Shown: piece after piece, positions 49,793 to 59,181 of the stretch | Layout: every line of letters starts with the position of its first letter | How positions within the stretch are numbered: position 1 is the stretch's first letter | The notes under the pieces: generated by a model | The model's input: the letters and a program-made list of their open reading frames with translations, nothing else | The model's database searches: none | Told to the model about the DNA's origin: nothing | Translations under genes and position numbers: made by a program | NCBI GenBank assembly: GCA_963775425.1 | Contig: CAVZJB010000016.1 | Coordinates: 96,001-160,000, forward strand | Source: an uncultured delta proteobacterium | GTDB taxonomy: Bacteria > Myxococcota > UBA727 > VGSZ01 | Length of the DNA stretch: 64,000 bases | Reading direction: 5' to 3'

Positions 49793-52477
49793 TCAGCTCG
49801 AATGGGATCGCGCTGCGTCGGCTTGTCGAATCTCGCCCTCCGCCTCGACCCAGTCCTCGAGGGCGTGCCCCTCTCGTTGTCCCCCGCGCTCGTAGAGCTC
49901 GTACGCGCGCTCGGCAATTCGCGGGGCCGAGTCGGAGCCGCTCTTTTGCAGGAGCGGCGCGGCCGTCGGATCGAAGATCCGGTAGGCGAGCAGCTTGATG
50001 CGATCGTTGACGAGGAACCAAACGAGCGCGTAGCCCCACACGAGGAGCGCCCATCCCCATCCGAGCGGCGTCATGAACAGCCCATAGACCGCGATGAGGG
50101 TGGCGACGGTCTGCGTGCCGAAGACCGCGCCGACGAGGAGCCACGCAGGGCGGATGGACCAGAAGGGGCCGCGGGTCCGCGTGAGGAAGATCGTCAGATG
50201 GCCCGCCACCGACAGCTTCAGGTACATCATGGTCTGGATGTGCGCGCGGTCCAGGTGAAAGACGCGCTCGGCCAGAAAGAACAAGCCGAACGCGGCGACG
50301 ACGCCGATCACGCCGAGGACCGAGGAGACCCCGAGCACCATCCGCATGTTCCAGGACTCGGGCTTGTCCTTGAAGTGCACGTTGTCGTAGGCGATCGACA
50401 AAATCGCGCCGTCGTTGAGGAGCGCGAGCATCACGATCATCACTGCGGTCAACGGGTAGAAGTTGAACGTCAAAATCGCGAGCGTCATGAAGAGCAGCAC
50501 GCGCAGCGTCTCGGCGATGCGATAGATCGCGTAGCTGTTCATGCGCTGAAAGATCTTCCGGCTCTCCTTCATGGCGTCGATGATCACCGACAAGCCCGTT
50601 GCCATGAGCACGATCGACGCTGCCGCACGCGCCGCGTCCGTCGCGCCGGAGACGGCGACGCCGCAGTCCGCCTTCTTGAGCGCCGGCGCGTCGTTCACGC
50701 CGTCCCCGGTCATGCCGACGATGTGGCCCCGCTTCTGCAGGACGTCCACGATGTGGAATTTGTGCTCCGGAAAGACCTGCGCAAAGCCATCGGCCTTCTC
50801 GATGGAGTCCGCCAACTGCGCCGTCTCGTGGTGCTTGGTGTCACCGAAGCCGCTCGCGTCGAGGATGTTCGTCGACATCCCGATCTTCGTGGCGGTCTCC
50901 CGGGCGATCGCGAGCTGGTCGCCCGTCACCATCGTCACCTTCACACCCATCTTGCGGGCCGTGGCGATCGTCGCCTTGGCTTCGTCGCGCGGGGGATCGA
51001 ACAAGGGCAGAACGCCGACGAATTGCCAGGGCCCGTCGCCGTCCGCGCGCGCAACGCCCAACGACCGGAACCCGCGCGCGGCGAAGCCGTCGACGGCCTC
51101 GTCGACGGCGGCCTTCACGGCCGCTGCGTTCGCCGACAGCGCCATGATCACCTGCGGGGCACCCTTGGTGACCTTGAGCTCCTTGCCGTCGGCGTCTCTG
51201 ACGGACGCTTCCGTTCGCTTGTGCACGGGGTCGAACGGCTGGAAGTGGGTGACCTCGAAGCTCTTGAGCAGAGCGTCGTCCTTCACGCCCCCGAGCACGG
51301 CAAGATCGATGGTGTCCTTGTTCTCGGCGCGCGACGCGAGGGCCGCGCTGAGGAGGACTTGATCCGCCGGGACGTCGTCGACGCAGAACGGATCGCCGAG
51401 CGTGAGCTTGTTCTGGGTCAGCGTGCCGGTCTTGTCGGCGCACAACACGTCGACGCCGGCGAGCTCCTCGATCGCTGCCAGGCGCGTGACGATGGCCTCC
51501 TTCTTGGCGAGCAGGCGCGCGCCCACGGCCATGGTCACGGACAACACGGTGGGCATCGCCACGGGGATCGCGGCCACCGTCAGAACCAAGGCGAACTGCA
51601 GCGTGGTCAGGATCGGGTCGCCGCGGAAGATGGCGACCCCGATGATCACCGCGACCAGAGTCGCCGCGAGGACGATCAGGTAATTCCCGATCTTCAAGAC
51701 CGCGCGTTGAAAGTGGCTCGCGGTTCGCGCTCCTTGCACCAGCTCGGCAGTCTTGCCGAAGTACGTGTTGGAGCCTGTGGCATAGATGACGGCATCGGCC
51801 TCACCCTGGCGAATGATCGAACCGGAGAACACGGCGTCGGCGACCTTGCGCGAGACGGGCAGCGACTCCCCGGTCAAGGCCGACTGATCGACCTCGAGCG
51901 GGTCGCCCGAGAGCAAGCGCGCATCGGCCGGCACGATGTCCCCGAGGCGAACGCGGATGACGTCGCCCGGCACGACGTCACGTGCCTCGGGGTCCGTCCA
52001 CTCTCCATCGCGCTTCACGCGGGCTTTGACCGCCAGCTTCGCTTTCAGCGCGGCGATGGCGTTGCCGGCTTGATGTTCTTCCCAGAAGCCGACGACGGCG
52101 TTGGCCAGGAGCAAAGCCAGGATGATGCCGAAGTCCGGCCAATGGCGGGCGACGGCCGACAAGACGACCGCTGCCTCGATCATCCATGGGATCGGGCCCC
52201 ACAAGTACGTCAAGAACTTGAGGAAGGGGTTGGTCTTCTTGTCCTCGATCGCGTTCGGCCCTACGTCGGCGAGCCGCTTTTGCGCCTCGGCCTCGCTCAG
52301 CCCATCAGCCGACGACTCGAGCTTCTTCAGAAGCTCCGGCATCGGGAGCGACTTCAGCGCGTCGTTGGCCGACCTGTCGACGGGCACACTCCCATGAGCC
52401 TTCTTGGCCTTCGGCTGTCTCTTCGCGTGTCTCGGCAGGGCGGGGATCTTCGGCATCTGCTGGGTCGTGCTCGTCAT
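49793..52477 (-). CDS. Plasma-membrane-type proton-efflux P-type ATPase (IIIA) with C-terminal DUF2934-like domain
   Basis: WGPIPWMIE, TGES, AIPVAMP, DKTGTLT, KGAP, TGDGVNDAP, ALLNDG; tail IAERAYELYERGG...DWVEAE. Confidence 0.93.
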   Translation of the reverse strand: MTSTTQQMPKIPALPRHAKRQPKAKKAHGSVPVDRSANDALKSLPMPELLKKLESSADGLSEAEAQKRLADVGPNAIEDKKTNPFLKFLTYLWGPIPWMIEAAVVLSAVARHWPDFGIILALLLANAVVGFWEEHQAGNAIAALKAKLAVKARVKRDGEWTDPEARDVVPGDVIRVRLGDIVPADARLLSGDPLEVDQSALTGESLPVSRKVADAVFSGSIIRQGEADAVIYATGSNTYFGKTAELVQGARTASHFQRAVLKIGNYLIVLAATLVAVIIGVAIFRGDPILTTLQFALVLTVAAIPVAMPTVLSVTMAVGARLLAKKEAIVTRLAAIEELAGVDVLCADKTGTLTQNKLTLGDPFCVDDVPADQVLLSAALASRAENKDTIDLAVLGGVKDDALLKSFEVTHFQPFDPVHKRTEASVRDADGKELKVTKGAPQVIMALSANAAAVKAAVDEAVDGFAARGFRSLGVARADGDGPWQFVGVLPLFDPPRDEAKATIATARKMGVKVTMVTGDQLAIARETATKIGMSTNILDASGFGDTKHHETAQLADSIEKADGFAQVFPEHKFHIVDVLQKRGHIVGMTGDGVNDAPALKKADCGVAVSGATDAARAAASIVLMATGLSVIIDAMKESRKIFQRMNSYAIYRIAETLRVLLFMTLAILTFNFYPLTAVMIVMLALLNDGAILSIAYDNVHFKDKPESWNMRMVLGVSSVLGVIGVVAAFGLFFLAERVFHLDRAHIQTMMYLKLSVAGHLTIFLTRTRGPFWSIRPAWLLVGAVFGTQTVATLIAVYGLFMTPLGWGWALLVWGYALVWFLVNDRIKLLAYRIFDPTAAPLLQKSGSDSAPRIAERAYELYERGGQREGHALEDWVEAEGEIRQADAARSHSS

Positions 52478-52601
52478 GTGAAAGAGACCTCCCGTCTCGG
52501 CGTGATGCCGCCGCCCAAGGCACGGCGAAGCTCCGGAGTCATCGTTTGCGACGCCACGTTTGCGGACTCGTGCACCTGAGTGCGTCAGCAGGAGTCGTGC
52601 C

Positions 52602-52617
52602 TGCAACGGCGCCGCCG
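52602..52617 (-). promoter_or_regulatory. Possible sigma54 promoter of the H+-ATPase
   Basis: Minus strand CGGCGGCGCCGTTGCA: GG-N10-GC with a perfect TTGCA but a weak -24. Confidence 0.3.
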
Positions 52618-52886
52618 TGAGCGGGAAAGGTGCCCCACGCTCCGAAAGACTCGCCGTGATTCGATGGACGAATCGACGAAGTCGAGGCGGCGCCGAACGG
52701 GAAGCGCATCGCCGACTCGGCCGCCGCCGACACGCACGGACAGTCCTCCCTCGTTCGCACCTGTCTACGAGCGAGGGGTTTCACGATGCGCGCGCTGCTT
52801 GTTCATGCACAGACGCCTCTGACCGTTTGGGACTACCAGCACAGCCTTCATCTCACCGGCAGCGTGCTCACCTCCGCCGCTGGCAT

Positions 52887-53010
52887 TCCGCGCGCGCGAG
52901 CTCCTTGGCGCTGACGAGGGTCTTGATGGTCGTGGTCATGAGACCCCTCGCGCGTTCGGGTGGGTGGTGACGATGACGACGATGTTCTTGCCCTCGTGCC
53001 GTCCGTCCTG
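52887..53010 (-). pseudogene. Decayed second copy of the toxin/antitoxin junction at 54532-54700
   Basis: Near-identical TCTTGATGGTCGTGGTCATGAGACCCCTCGCG block; encodes ...VTTHPNARGVS* and MTTTIK^LVSAKELARAE with an internal deletion. Confidence 0.75.
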
Positions 53011-53116
53011 GCGCAGATCGGCGTCTTCATCCACCTTTGGTGGATCGCCGTGCGCGTCGACAGGAACGACCACGACGATCTGCCAAGCCTTCTTTTGTCC
53101 GCGATAGGATTGCCTG

Positions 53117-53938
53117 GTGCAAGGACTCTATCGTGTCGACGATATCGTCGTGACGACCGAGCTCGCCGATGGTCATAACGAGGGCGTGGTCCGGAGCCGT
53201 TGGGGAATCGACGGGAACGGAGCGTTGGCGCTCGTCGAGGATCTCGACGAGTCGCGCAAGCGATCGCGCGACCGTCGCCGTTTTCTCGAGGAGATCGGTG
53301 TTCGCGCGCAGGCAGAGCCGAGGCTCCGAGCGTTTCATCGCGGCGGGCTCCCCCTCACCGTGCGTCCCGCGTATCCCGGGTTGCGGCTCGATCGATTCCT
53401 CACCGAGAACGCGGCACAGCGAGGACAGCCGCCCAAAGAGCTCTGCCTCGCTGTTGCAAGGGCGTTGATGAACGTCGCGCGCGCGGAGGCGCGCGACGTA
53501 CCGAGGTCGAGCCTCGTATGGCTCGGTTTCGACGGCACCGTCACCGGTTTGCCGGCGCTCCTGCCGCGCTACGCGACGTGGAACGGCGACTACGAGCTTG
53601 AAATCGCGGTTGGACCCGGCCAAGACGCGCTCCACAGCGTTGGCGTGAACCTCTGCCGCCTCGTCTTCGGGCACTACGACGCGACCGCGACCTCGGCCGA
53701 GAAGCTCCGGAAAGCGCGGTCGCTCGGGAACGAGGACTTCATCGCTGAGTTTGCGCTGACCTCGACCGTGCAGCTGGATCCCGCGTCCCTCAACCTGCTC
53801 ACCGGCAACGCGCTACGCATTGCCCACCACTACGCGAAGCTCCCAGGGCACCACCCCGAGATCACGCGCGTGCTCGCCGGGCTCTTTCCAAAGCAGCACG
53901 CCGCGGCTCGAAACCTCGTCGAGGAGGCGTCGATGTAG
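53117..53938 (+). CDS. Degenerate Ser/Thr kinase-like protein (pseudokinase)
   Basis: RFLEE, YPGLRLDRFL, RDVPRSSLVWLGFDGTV and DALHSVGVNLCRLVFG echo kinase subdomains III, V, VIb and IX. Confidence 0.55.
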   Translation: MQGLYRVDDIVVTTELADGHNEGVVRSRWGIDGNGALALVEDLDESRKRSRDRRRFLEEIGVRAQAEPRLRAFHRGGLPLTVRPAYPGLRLDRFLTENAAQRGQPPKELCLAVARALMNVARAEARDVPRSSLVWLGFDGTVTGLPALLPRYATWNGDYELEIAVGPGQDALHSVGVNLCRLVFGHYDATATSAEKLRKARSLGNEDFIAEFALTSTVQLDPASLNLLTGNALRIAHHYAKLPGHHPEITRVLAGLFPKQHAAARNLVEEASM

Positions 53939-54239
53939 ACAACGTCGCCACCGCCGGAGCGGAAAGGAGCGGAGAGCTCGGCGCCCCGGCGCTCAACTCG
54001 GCGCGCGTCTTCGTCGCCGAGCTCGGAGCTCCTTTCCGCTCCGCCGTGTGGCCGTAGCACCGTCCCCTTCCGGGTGGCTCGGATCAACGGTCCATCGGGC
54101 CAGCCCTCGTCGCCACTCGGGTGCCGGTCCCCGACGTAGTAGCCAATGACCTGAAGTGCGGCGAAGGCACATCCCGCGCCCAGGATGACGCTCACGATGC
54201 GAAGATATCGCGCGGAAAGGCGCTCGGCGTTGCTCCAGG

Positions 54240-54650
54240 TCAGCTCTCGACCCGACGTTCCCTCGGCACCTTCTTCCCGCGCGCGATGTCTTCCATCCGC
54301 GCGCGCGCTTGCACCGGTTTGCCGGCGGCCTCGAGCACGAGGTCGCCAAGGGCGAGCCACGCCGTGCGCGCGACCTCGGTGGCGTCGGTCTCCCAGCGCG
54401 AAACCGTGCGGGGCTTCACGTCGAGGAGCACAGCGAGCTGTTCGGCCGTGAGCCCGAGCGCGCGACGCATCCACGCGAACGCCTCGCCGCTCGGCGGGCC
54501 GTCGACGGCGACGGCGGCCGCGATGGCGATCTCCGCGCGGGCGAGCTCGTTGGCGCTGACGAGGCTCTCGCCGGTCTCCGGGTCGGCCTCATCGGCGACG
54601 TCGACGGAGTACTTGCGACCGGCGATCTTCCTCTTGATGGTCGTGGTCAT
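54240..54650 (-). CDS. MqsA/HigA-like XRE antitoxin
   Basis: HTH WMRRALGLTAEQLAVLLDVKPRTVSRWE; N-terminal DPETGE where MqsA-type proteins have CxxCGE. Confidence 0.75.
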   Translation of the reverse strand: MTTTIKRKIAGRKYSVDVADEADPETGESLVSANELARAEIAIAAAVAVDGPPSGEAFAWMRRALGLTAEQLAVLLDVKPRTVSRWETDATEVARTAWLALGDLVLEAAGKPVQARARMEDIARGKKVPRERRVES

Positions 54651-54862
54651 GAGACCCCTCGCGTGTTCGGGTGGGTAGTGACGACAACGGCGACGTCATC
54701 GGCGCAGCGCAGACCGGACAGCAGGTTCCCGACGGCCCTCCACTTCCGACCGGTGTCGTCGTGCGCGTGCAGCTCGTCGTGGATGGCGAGCACATGGAGG
54801 ACGTCGTCGACGAAGACGCCGTCGGCAGGCATGGAGACGTTGCTTGCGTGTTTCGTGAACAA
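54647..54862 (-). pseudogene. DUF4258-like toxin, probably truncated
   Basis: FTKHA...DDVLHVL...KWRAVG...VVVTTHP; stop overlaps the antitoxin ATG; 5' end abuts the integrase remnant. Confidence 0.5.
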
Positions 54863-54894
54863 GACCGTTCGCGCTGCTGCGCTCCCGAGACGGA

Positions 54895-55010
54895 CCCACG
54901 CCGCGGCCTTCGGCGACGTCCTCGAGCGGTCGGGGGGAGTTCCCGGTGGACCTGGAGCGGTCCCACCGAAAAGCGCTTGCCGGCCTGAGCGTTCGCCAAA
55001 GAAAAACCCC
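54895..55010 (+). pseudogene. 3' remnant of a second tyrosine integrase
   Basis: Encodes HAAAFGDVLER...PKKNP, matching the C-terminus of the integrase at 62113..63399. Confidence 0.8.
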
Positions 55011-55026
55011 GCTTCTCAGCGGGGTT
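55002..55026 (-). terminator. Intrinsic terminator after the displaced tRNA 3' fragment
   Basis: AACCCCGCT-TCTC-AGCGGGGTT hairpin followed by a T-run on the minus strand. Confidence 0.7.
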
Positions 55027-55029
55027 GCT

Positions 55030-55074
55030 TGGAGCGGGAAACGAGATTCGAACTCGCGACTTCAACCTTGGCAA
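55030..55074 (-). repeat. att direct repeat: 45-bp copy of the tRNA-Gly 3' end
   Basis: TGGAGCGGGAAACGAGATTCGAACTCGCGACTTCAACCTTGGCAA is identical to 63417-63461. Confidence 0.95.
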
Positions 55075-55357
55075 ACGAGCCAGGGGGTTCCGCGTGACGA
55101 GGGGATTCGTGGAGAATCAACAGCTTAGCTGACGTCGACACCACGGACCGCCACCCCAGATCACGCGGAATTTCCCACCGAATTGGGACTGCCCGGTGGG
55201 AGCGGCGAACGCTCCCACCGGGCGCTCGCTCCCACCGACGACGGTGCCGACGAGCGCGTTTGGACGTCGAGGTGCGAAGGCGCGACGCGATTGAGGTCGG
55301 CCTTGCACTCTCGGGTTCGCGTCGCGGCGACGCGCCATGCTCTGTACACTCACCCTG

Positions 55358-55693
55358 GTGAAGCGCTTCGCCCTCCTCCTGCTCGTCATCGGCGGGCCCG
55401 CCTGCAGCGCGCGTCCTGACCCCAACTGCGGGCAGCCATCCGGTTGCGCGGCCGACGAGCTCTGCGTGTTCAGCGCGGCCTATGGGTTCCTGGAAGACGG
55501 CAACCCGAACCTCATCAACACCGATTCCTATTCCTGCGTGCCGCTGCCCGAGCGTTGCTCGGTGTCGACGTGCGAATGCCTCGAGTGTCGCGGCGAGTTC
55601 GCGTGCGATGCGGGGCCGTCGTGCACATGCGGCATAGGCGGTGCGTGCAGCGACGGCCCGCACGGCGCCATCGTCACGGCGTTCAAAGAATAG
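55358..55693 (+). CDS. Small Cys-rich lipoprotein
   Basis: MKRFALLLLVIGGPAC signal/lipobox; many Cys. Confidence 0.65.
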   Translation: MKRFALLLLVIGGPACSARPDPNCGQPSGCAADELCVFSAAYGFLEDGNPNLINTDSYSCVPLPERCSVSTCECLECRGEFACDAGPSCTCGIGGACSDGPHGAIVTAFKE

Positions 55694-55785
55694 GTGCGCC
55701 TCATCGGCGGCTAGCGTCCGCCGAAGTCGAAGCGGCAGTCCGCGACGTCGTCCGCCGGGTCGCCGGCGTCGAGCAGAATGAGTGG

Positions 55786-55968
55786 TCACGAGAGAGCTAG
55801 GCCCGGCGCACCGCCCTGGCACTCGGGGCACTTCCGCTGGAAGTTGTCGGAACCGTTCGAGCCGTAGCTGTGTCCGCAGTCTCCGCAACGCAGCTCGTAC
55901 ACGCGCTGCAGATGATCGTTGCCAGCGAGTCCGGTCGCTCGAACGACCTCCTGGCGGTTGCGGTTCAC
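55786..55968 (-). CDS. Small Zn-ribbon domain, in frame with the upstream ParE-like ORF
   Basis: NRNRQEVV...YELRCGDCGHSYGSNGSD...RKCPECQGG (two CxxC). Confidence 0.65.
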   Translation of the reverse strand: MNRNRQEVVRATGLAGNDHLQRVYELRCGDCGHSYGSNGSDNFQRKCPECQGGAPGLALS

Positions 55969-56067
55969 GAAGCCGGGGGCCGTCGTCGGGTGTTCCGGCG
56001 AGGCGAGCGCGCCGCGTGTCGACGTCGCGCGCTTGCGGAAGCTCGGCGTGATCCCGCGGGTCGCGCC

Positions 56068-56337
56068 CTACACGCCGACGATGGCGACGATGTCGTCGTT
56101 GTACGTGTAGTAGACGTGGTAGCGGCTCGCCCTGAGCAGCATGCGGTGCAGCCCTGGAATCGCGCGCGATGCGTAGCGAATCCCGACGCCGGGCTCGATG
56201 GCGAGCAACGCGATGGCGTCCGCGAGCTCTTCGACGAACAGATTCGGTGCAGCTGGCCGGTTGCTCATCCACCACAGGTCGATGCCGCGGGCATCGTCGT
56301 CAGCCTCGCGCGTCGTGACCACGCGGCGCTTCTTCAT
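56068..56337 (-). CDS. RelE/ParE-family toxin, probably cut short by a premature amber codon
   Basis: READDDARGIDLWW...PGVG...RYHVYY...IVAIVGV*GATRG. Confidence 0.75.
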   Translation of the reverse strand: MKKRRVVTTREADDDARGIDLWWMSNRPAAPNLFVEELADAIALLAIEPGVGIRYASRAIPGLHRMLLRASRYHVYYTYNDDIVAIVGV

Positions 56338-56561
56338 CGGCGGGCGCGGAGCTCTGCGATCAGGTCCTCGGCAGGGCGGACGCGACCGGCCCCGACGCTC
56401 TCCCACGACTGCTGAAGGTGGGCGTGGAGAGCCGCGCGCTCCTCGGCGTCGAGGTCGTCGCCCTCGTCATCGACCACGAGATCGAGGGTTGTGCCCTCGG
56501 GAAGCAGGGTCGGCTCGTCGACGACGATGCGACCGTTGGAAACGCGTCCCCGAATAGCCAT
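56334..56561 (-). CDS. Antitoxin partner of the ParE-like toxin
   Basis: GRVSNGRIVVDEP...PEGT beta N-terminus, acidic, C-terminal AGRVRPAEDLIAEL; ATGA coupling. Confidence 0.75.
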   Translation of the reverse strand: MAIRGRVSNGRIVVDEPTLLPEGTTLDLVVDDEGDDLDAEERAALHAHLQQSWESVGAGRVRPAEDLIAELRARR

Positions 56562-56586
56562 GTCCGATCTTAGCAGCCCCAGGCGG

Positions 56587-57686
56587 TCAAGGCACGCAGC
56601 CCCGAGTCCGGCGACGGCCCTGCCGCATCAGGAGGCCGAGCATTGCCGCTGCCGGCACAGGGGCGGCGCCGCCCGAAGACGCGCACCCGCCGTCGAGCGA
56701 CGCGGCCTCGGCCTGGCTTACGACAACGTCGACGCACACGGGTTCCGCGCGTGCGACGTTGCCGGCCCAGTCCGACGCGGACAGGGAGTAGCACGCACTC
56801 TTGGCCCCGGACGCGGCCGGGATCTGGTCGGTGACCTCGAGGAAGTCGGGCCTCAAGCGATCGAGCGCATGCTCCTCGCCGCCGTCGATCGTGCGGAAGA
56901 CGTCGATGGTGGCGACGCCGTAGTCATCGACTGGCAGGCTCGCGTCGAGCGTGACCACTTTCACGAGGATCCCGTTTGCTTTCGCGACGCTTGCGCCGAT
57001 CAGCGTGAACGGGACCACGCTGGGCGCGGTGACATCGTCGCCGTCGCCCGTGGTCCAAGAGATGTCGTCGATCCCGGATGACGGCGCGAAGTGGAACGCG
57101 ATGTTGGCGTGCGGGGGCAACGGAGGGCCCACGTCGAGGGCGCTCGGGCAGCCGGACCGAGCGCAGCGCGCAGTGTCGGTCCTAATGGTCACGGCGCGCG
57201 GCGCGTCCTCGCCCTCGACCGCGAGGGTGACGGTGAGCTCTTGCGCGGGGTCGGTGCCTGGAGCGATGACGCCGGCGAAGATGGTGTCGGTCGGGATCGT
57301 CGTCGCTGCGATGGGGTTCGCCCAGCTCCACGAGACGTCTCTCGTCGGGATCGGCGCAGGCTCGATACCGCACACACCACTCTCGCACGTCGTCACCACA
57401 TCCGGCCCACCGCAGAGGGCGCACTCGACGAGCTGCGGCCGCAGAGCGCGGTCGCGCTTCGCGTGTCTTCCTCGAGCCGGGCGAGAGAGACCTGGTTGAT
57501 CGCGCCGTCGGGGCCTGGCCCACAGCCCGGGTTGCAAGTGGTCGCGAACGACACCGCCACGCAGTCCGAGGCTGCAGTGCACGTCCGGTCATAGTCATTC
57601 GGATTGAGCGATCCTGGGCCACACCCGGCGTGTAGCGGCCCGACGACGCTTGCAACTACGAGCGCGAGAGCGTCGGTGGGGCGCAT
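56587..57686 (-). pseudogene. Cys-rich secreted protein with MYXO-CTERM tail, frameshifted near 57440
   Basis: N-part signal + HAGC...YDRTCTAASDC; C-part continues PQLVECALC and ends GGCASSGG...LGLLMRQGRRR. Confidence 0.6.
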
Positions 57687-57731
57687 GAGCAAGCGTAGCT
57701 CGTTCGAGCGCTCGAGGCGAAAGCGAGCGCG

Positions 57732-58661
57732 ATGCGGCAGACTTGCGAGGTGCGACAGCTCGTCACCGGTCTCCTCGTCTTCGGTTTGGGATGCGACCCG
57801 CTATTCGTCGTCGCCGTCGACGCGGGCGCGCCGGGCGATGCGGGCCCCACGGACGCCGGTGTCGGCACCTCCGTCATCGACGGAGGCACCGAGCTGGATG
57901 CGGGGCCGCTTGACTCAGGAGTTGCCCCGGACGCGGGGCTGCCGAGCGAGGACGCAGGTCGCTCTTGCCTGGGCGATTTCAGTAGCGAGGCTTGGCCGTG
58001 CGAAAGTGACGCGGACCTCTGCGACACGATGGGCGACAACAGCAGTATCTCGCCAACTCGTGATTTCATAGAGACATGGTCTCGTGAAGATGCGGCGTAC
58101 TTTGACCTTGATATCCGTGTCGCCGCGCCAGTCTTTACGTTTGGCAGCTCTCAGTTCGCCATCAGCTTGCGCTATGCGGGTGAAGCGAACGACATCGGCC
58201 AGCCTTGTGGTGGGGCGACCCTCGACTTCTCGTCTCGGCTGGTAGACATCCTCGAGCACCCACCACAGTACGTCCCGAACGCGGTGTCTATGGACCTGTC
58301 GCTGGATCCACATGACACGATCTTCTTGGACTCATGTTCAACTCTGATGGTGAGTGAAGACGGGAGAACACTCAGGGTCCACATTCCCCTGAATCCCGGC
58401 GACAGCGTGGACGCGTACCGCGTATCCCTCGCAGGCAGTCCTTGCGACGAGCCCGATGGGTTGGCGCCAACGGCCTTCATTGTGCCCAAGGGGGAGAGCA
58501 GGATGGGGCGACGTTCGTGTCGCTCTGCGACGCCCAATGCCCCACGGGATGACGACGGCGGTTGCGCTGCGCCAGCCTTACAGCTGCTGCGGGAGAAAGC
58601 AGAGATCGTCGATTCGCTGAGCCCGATGAGCTGGGCCGTCGTGTGGAACGATCGGCGTTGA
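57732..58661 (+). CDS. Hypothetical lipoprotein with DAG-repeat linker, possible 3' frameshift near 58500
   Basis: LLVFGLGC lipobox; DAGAPGDAGPTDAG; an alternative frame gives the more natural end DGATFVSLCDAQCPTG*. Confidence 0.6.
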   Translation: MRQTCEVRQLVTGLLVFGLGCDPLFVVAVDAGAPGDAGPTDAGVGTSVIDGGTELDAGPLDSGVAPDAGLPSEDAGRSCLGDFSSEAWPCESDADLCDTMGDNSSISPTRDFIETWSREDAAYFDLDIRVAAPVFTFGSSQFAISLRYAGEANDIGQPCGGATLDFSSRLVDILEHPPQYVPNAVSMDLSLDPHDTIFLDSCSTLMVSEDGRTLRVHIPLNPGDSVDAYRVSLAGSPCDEPDGLAPTAFIVPKGESRMGRRSCRSATPNAPRDDDGGCAAPALQLLREKAEIVDSLSPMSWAVVWNDRR

Positions 58662-58686
58662 ATCCGACGACCCGCGACTTCGTTGC

Positions 58687-59181
58687 TCAAGGCCCCGTCG
58701 CGGTGAGCGCGATCGCGACGCTGCCTTGCGACGACGGTGGAAGGTTGGCCGCGTCCGTGGAGATCCGCAGCACGGCCGAGCCCGGCCCCTCAGAGATATT
58801 GGAGGCGACGACTCCAACCACGGCCGTGGACACGGCAGGCACCGAAACTTCCACGGGCGGTGCGAGCGCGAACACCACGCCGGTCCCGCCCGGCAGCTCG
58901 ACGTCGACGATCACGCTGACGCTGAGCTGGCCTGTGTTTGTAAGGGTGATGTCGCGACGGGTCGGCGACGAAACCTCGCCGAAGTCGAGCGCGCATCCCG
59001 TCACGCCCCCGATGACGCGGCCGTTGACCTCGTTCGCAGGCTCGGCGCACGCGTCAACCGAAAGGGGACCCGGGGAGAAGCACTGACCCACGTCAGGGCA
59101 ACTGTCCGGAGCGCACCCGGCGCCGCCACCAAGGAACGCCGACAGCGCGGCGGCGACGAGGCGCATCCCTACGGCGGTCAT
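58687..59181 (-). CDS. Lipoprotein with Ig-like (ASH/choice-of-anchor-D-like) domain
   Basis: GAGC lipobox; LDFGEV...ITLTNTG...LRISTDA...IALTATG. Confidence 0.7.
   Translation of the reverse strand: MTAVGMRLVAAALSAFLGGGAGCAPDSCPDVGQCFSPGPLSVDACAEPANEVNGRVIGGVTGCALDFGEVSSPTRRDITLTNTGQLSVSVIVDVELPGGTGVVFALAPPVEVSVPAVSTAVVGVVASNISEGPGSAVLRISTDAANLPPSSQGSVAIALTATGP

Noticed and set aside
52619-52628. GAGCGGGAAA as a possible third, degenerate att site bounding the older element
   Set aside because: Only a 10-bp match with no continuation; chance cannot be excluded, although the position is suggestive
53940-54239. Possible small membrane gene (YLRIVSVILGAGCAFAALQVIG) on the minus strand
   Set aside because: No clear start or RBS; probably a gene fragment, product unsupported
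55030-55074. Second tRNA gene
   Set aside because: Only the 3' 45 nt are present; the 5' acceptor strand and D-arm are missing, so it is the att repeat
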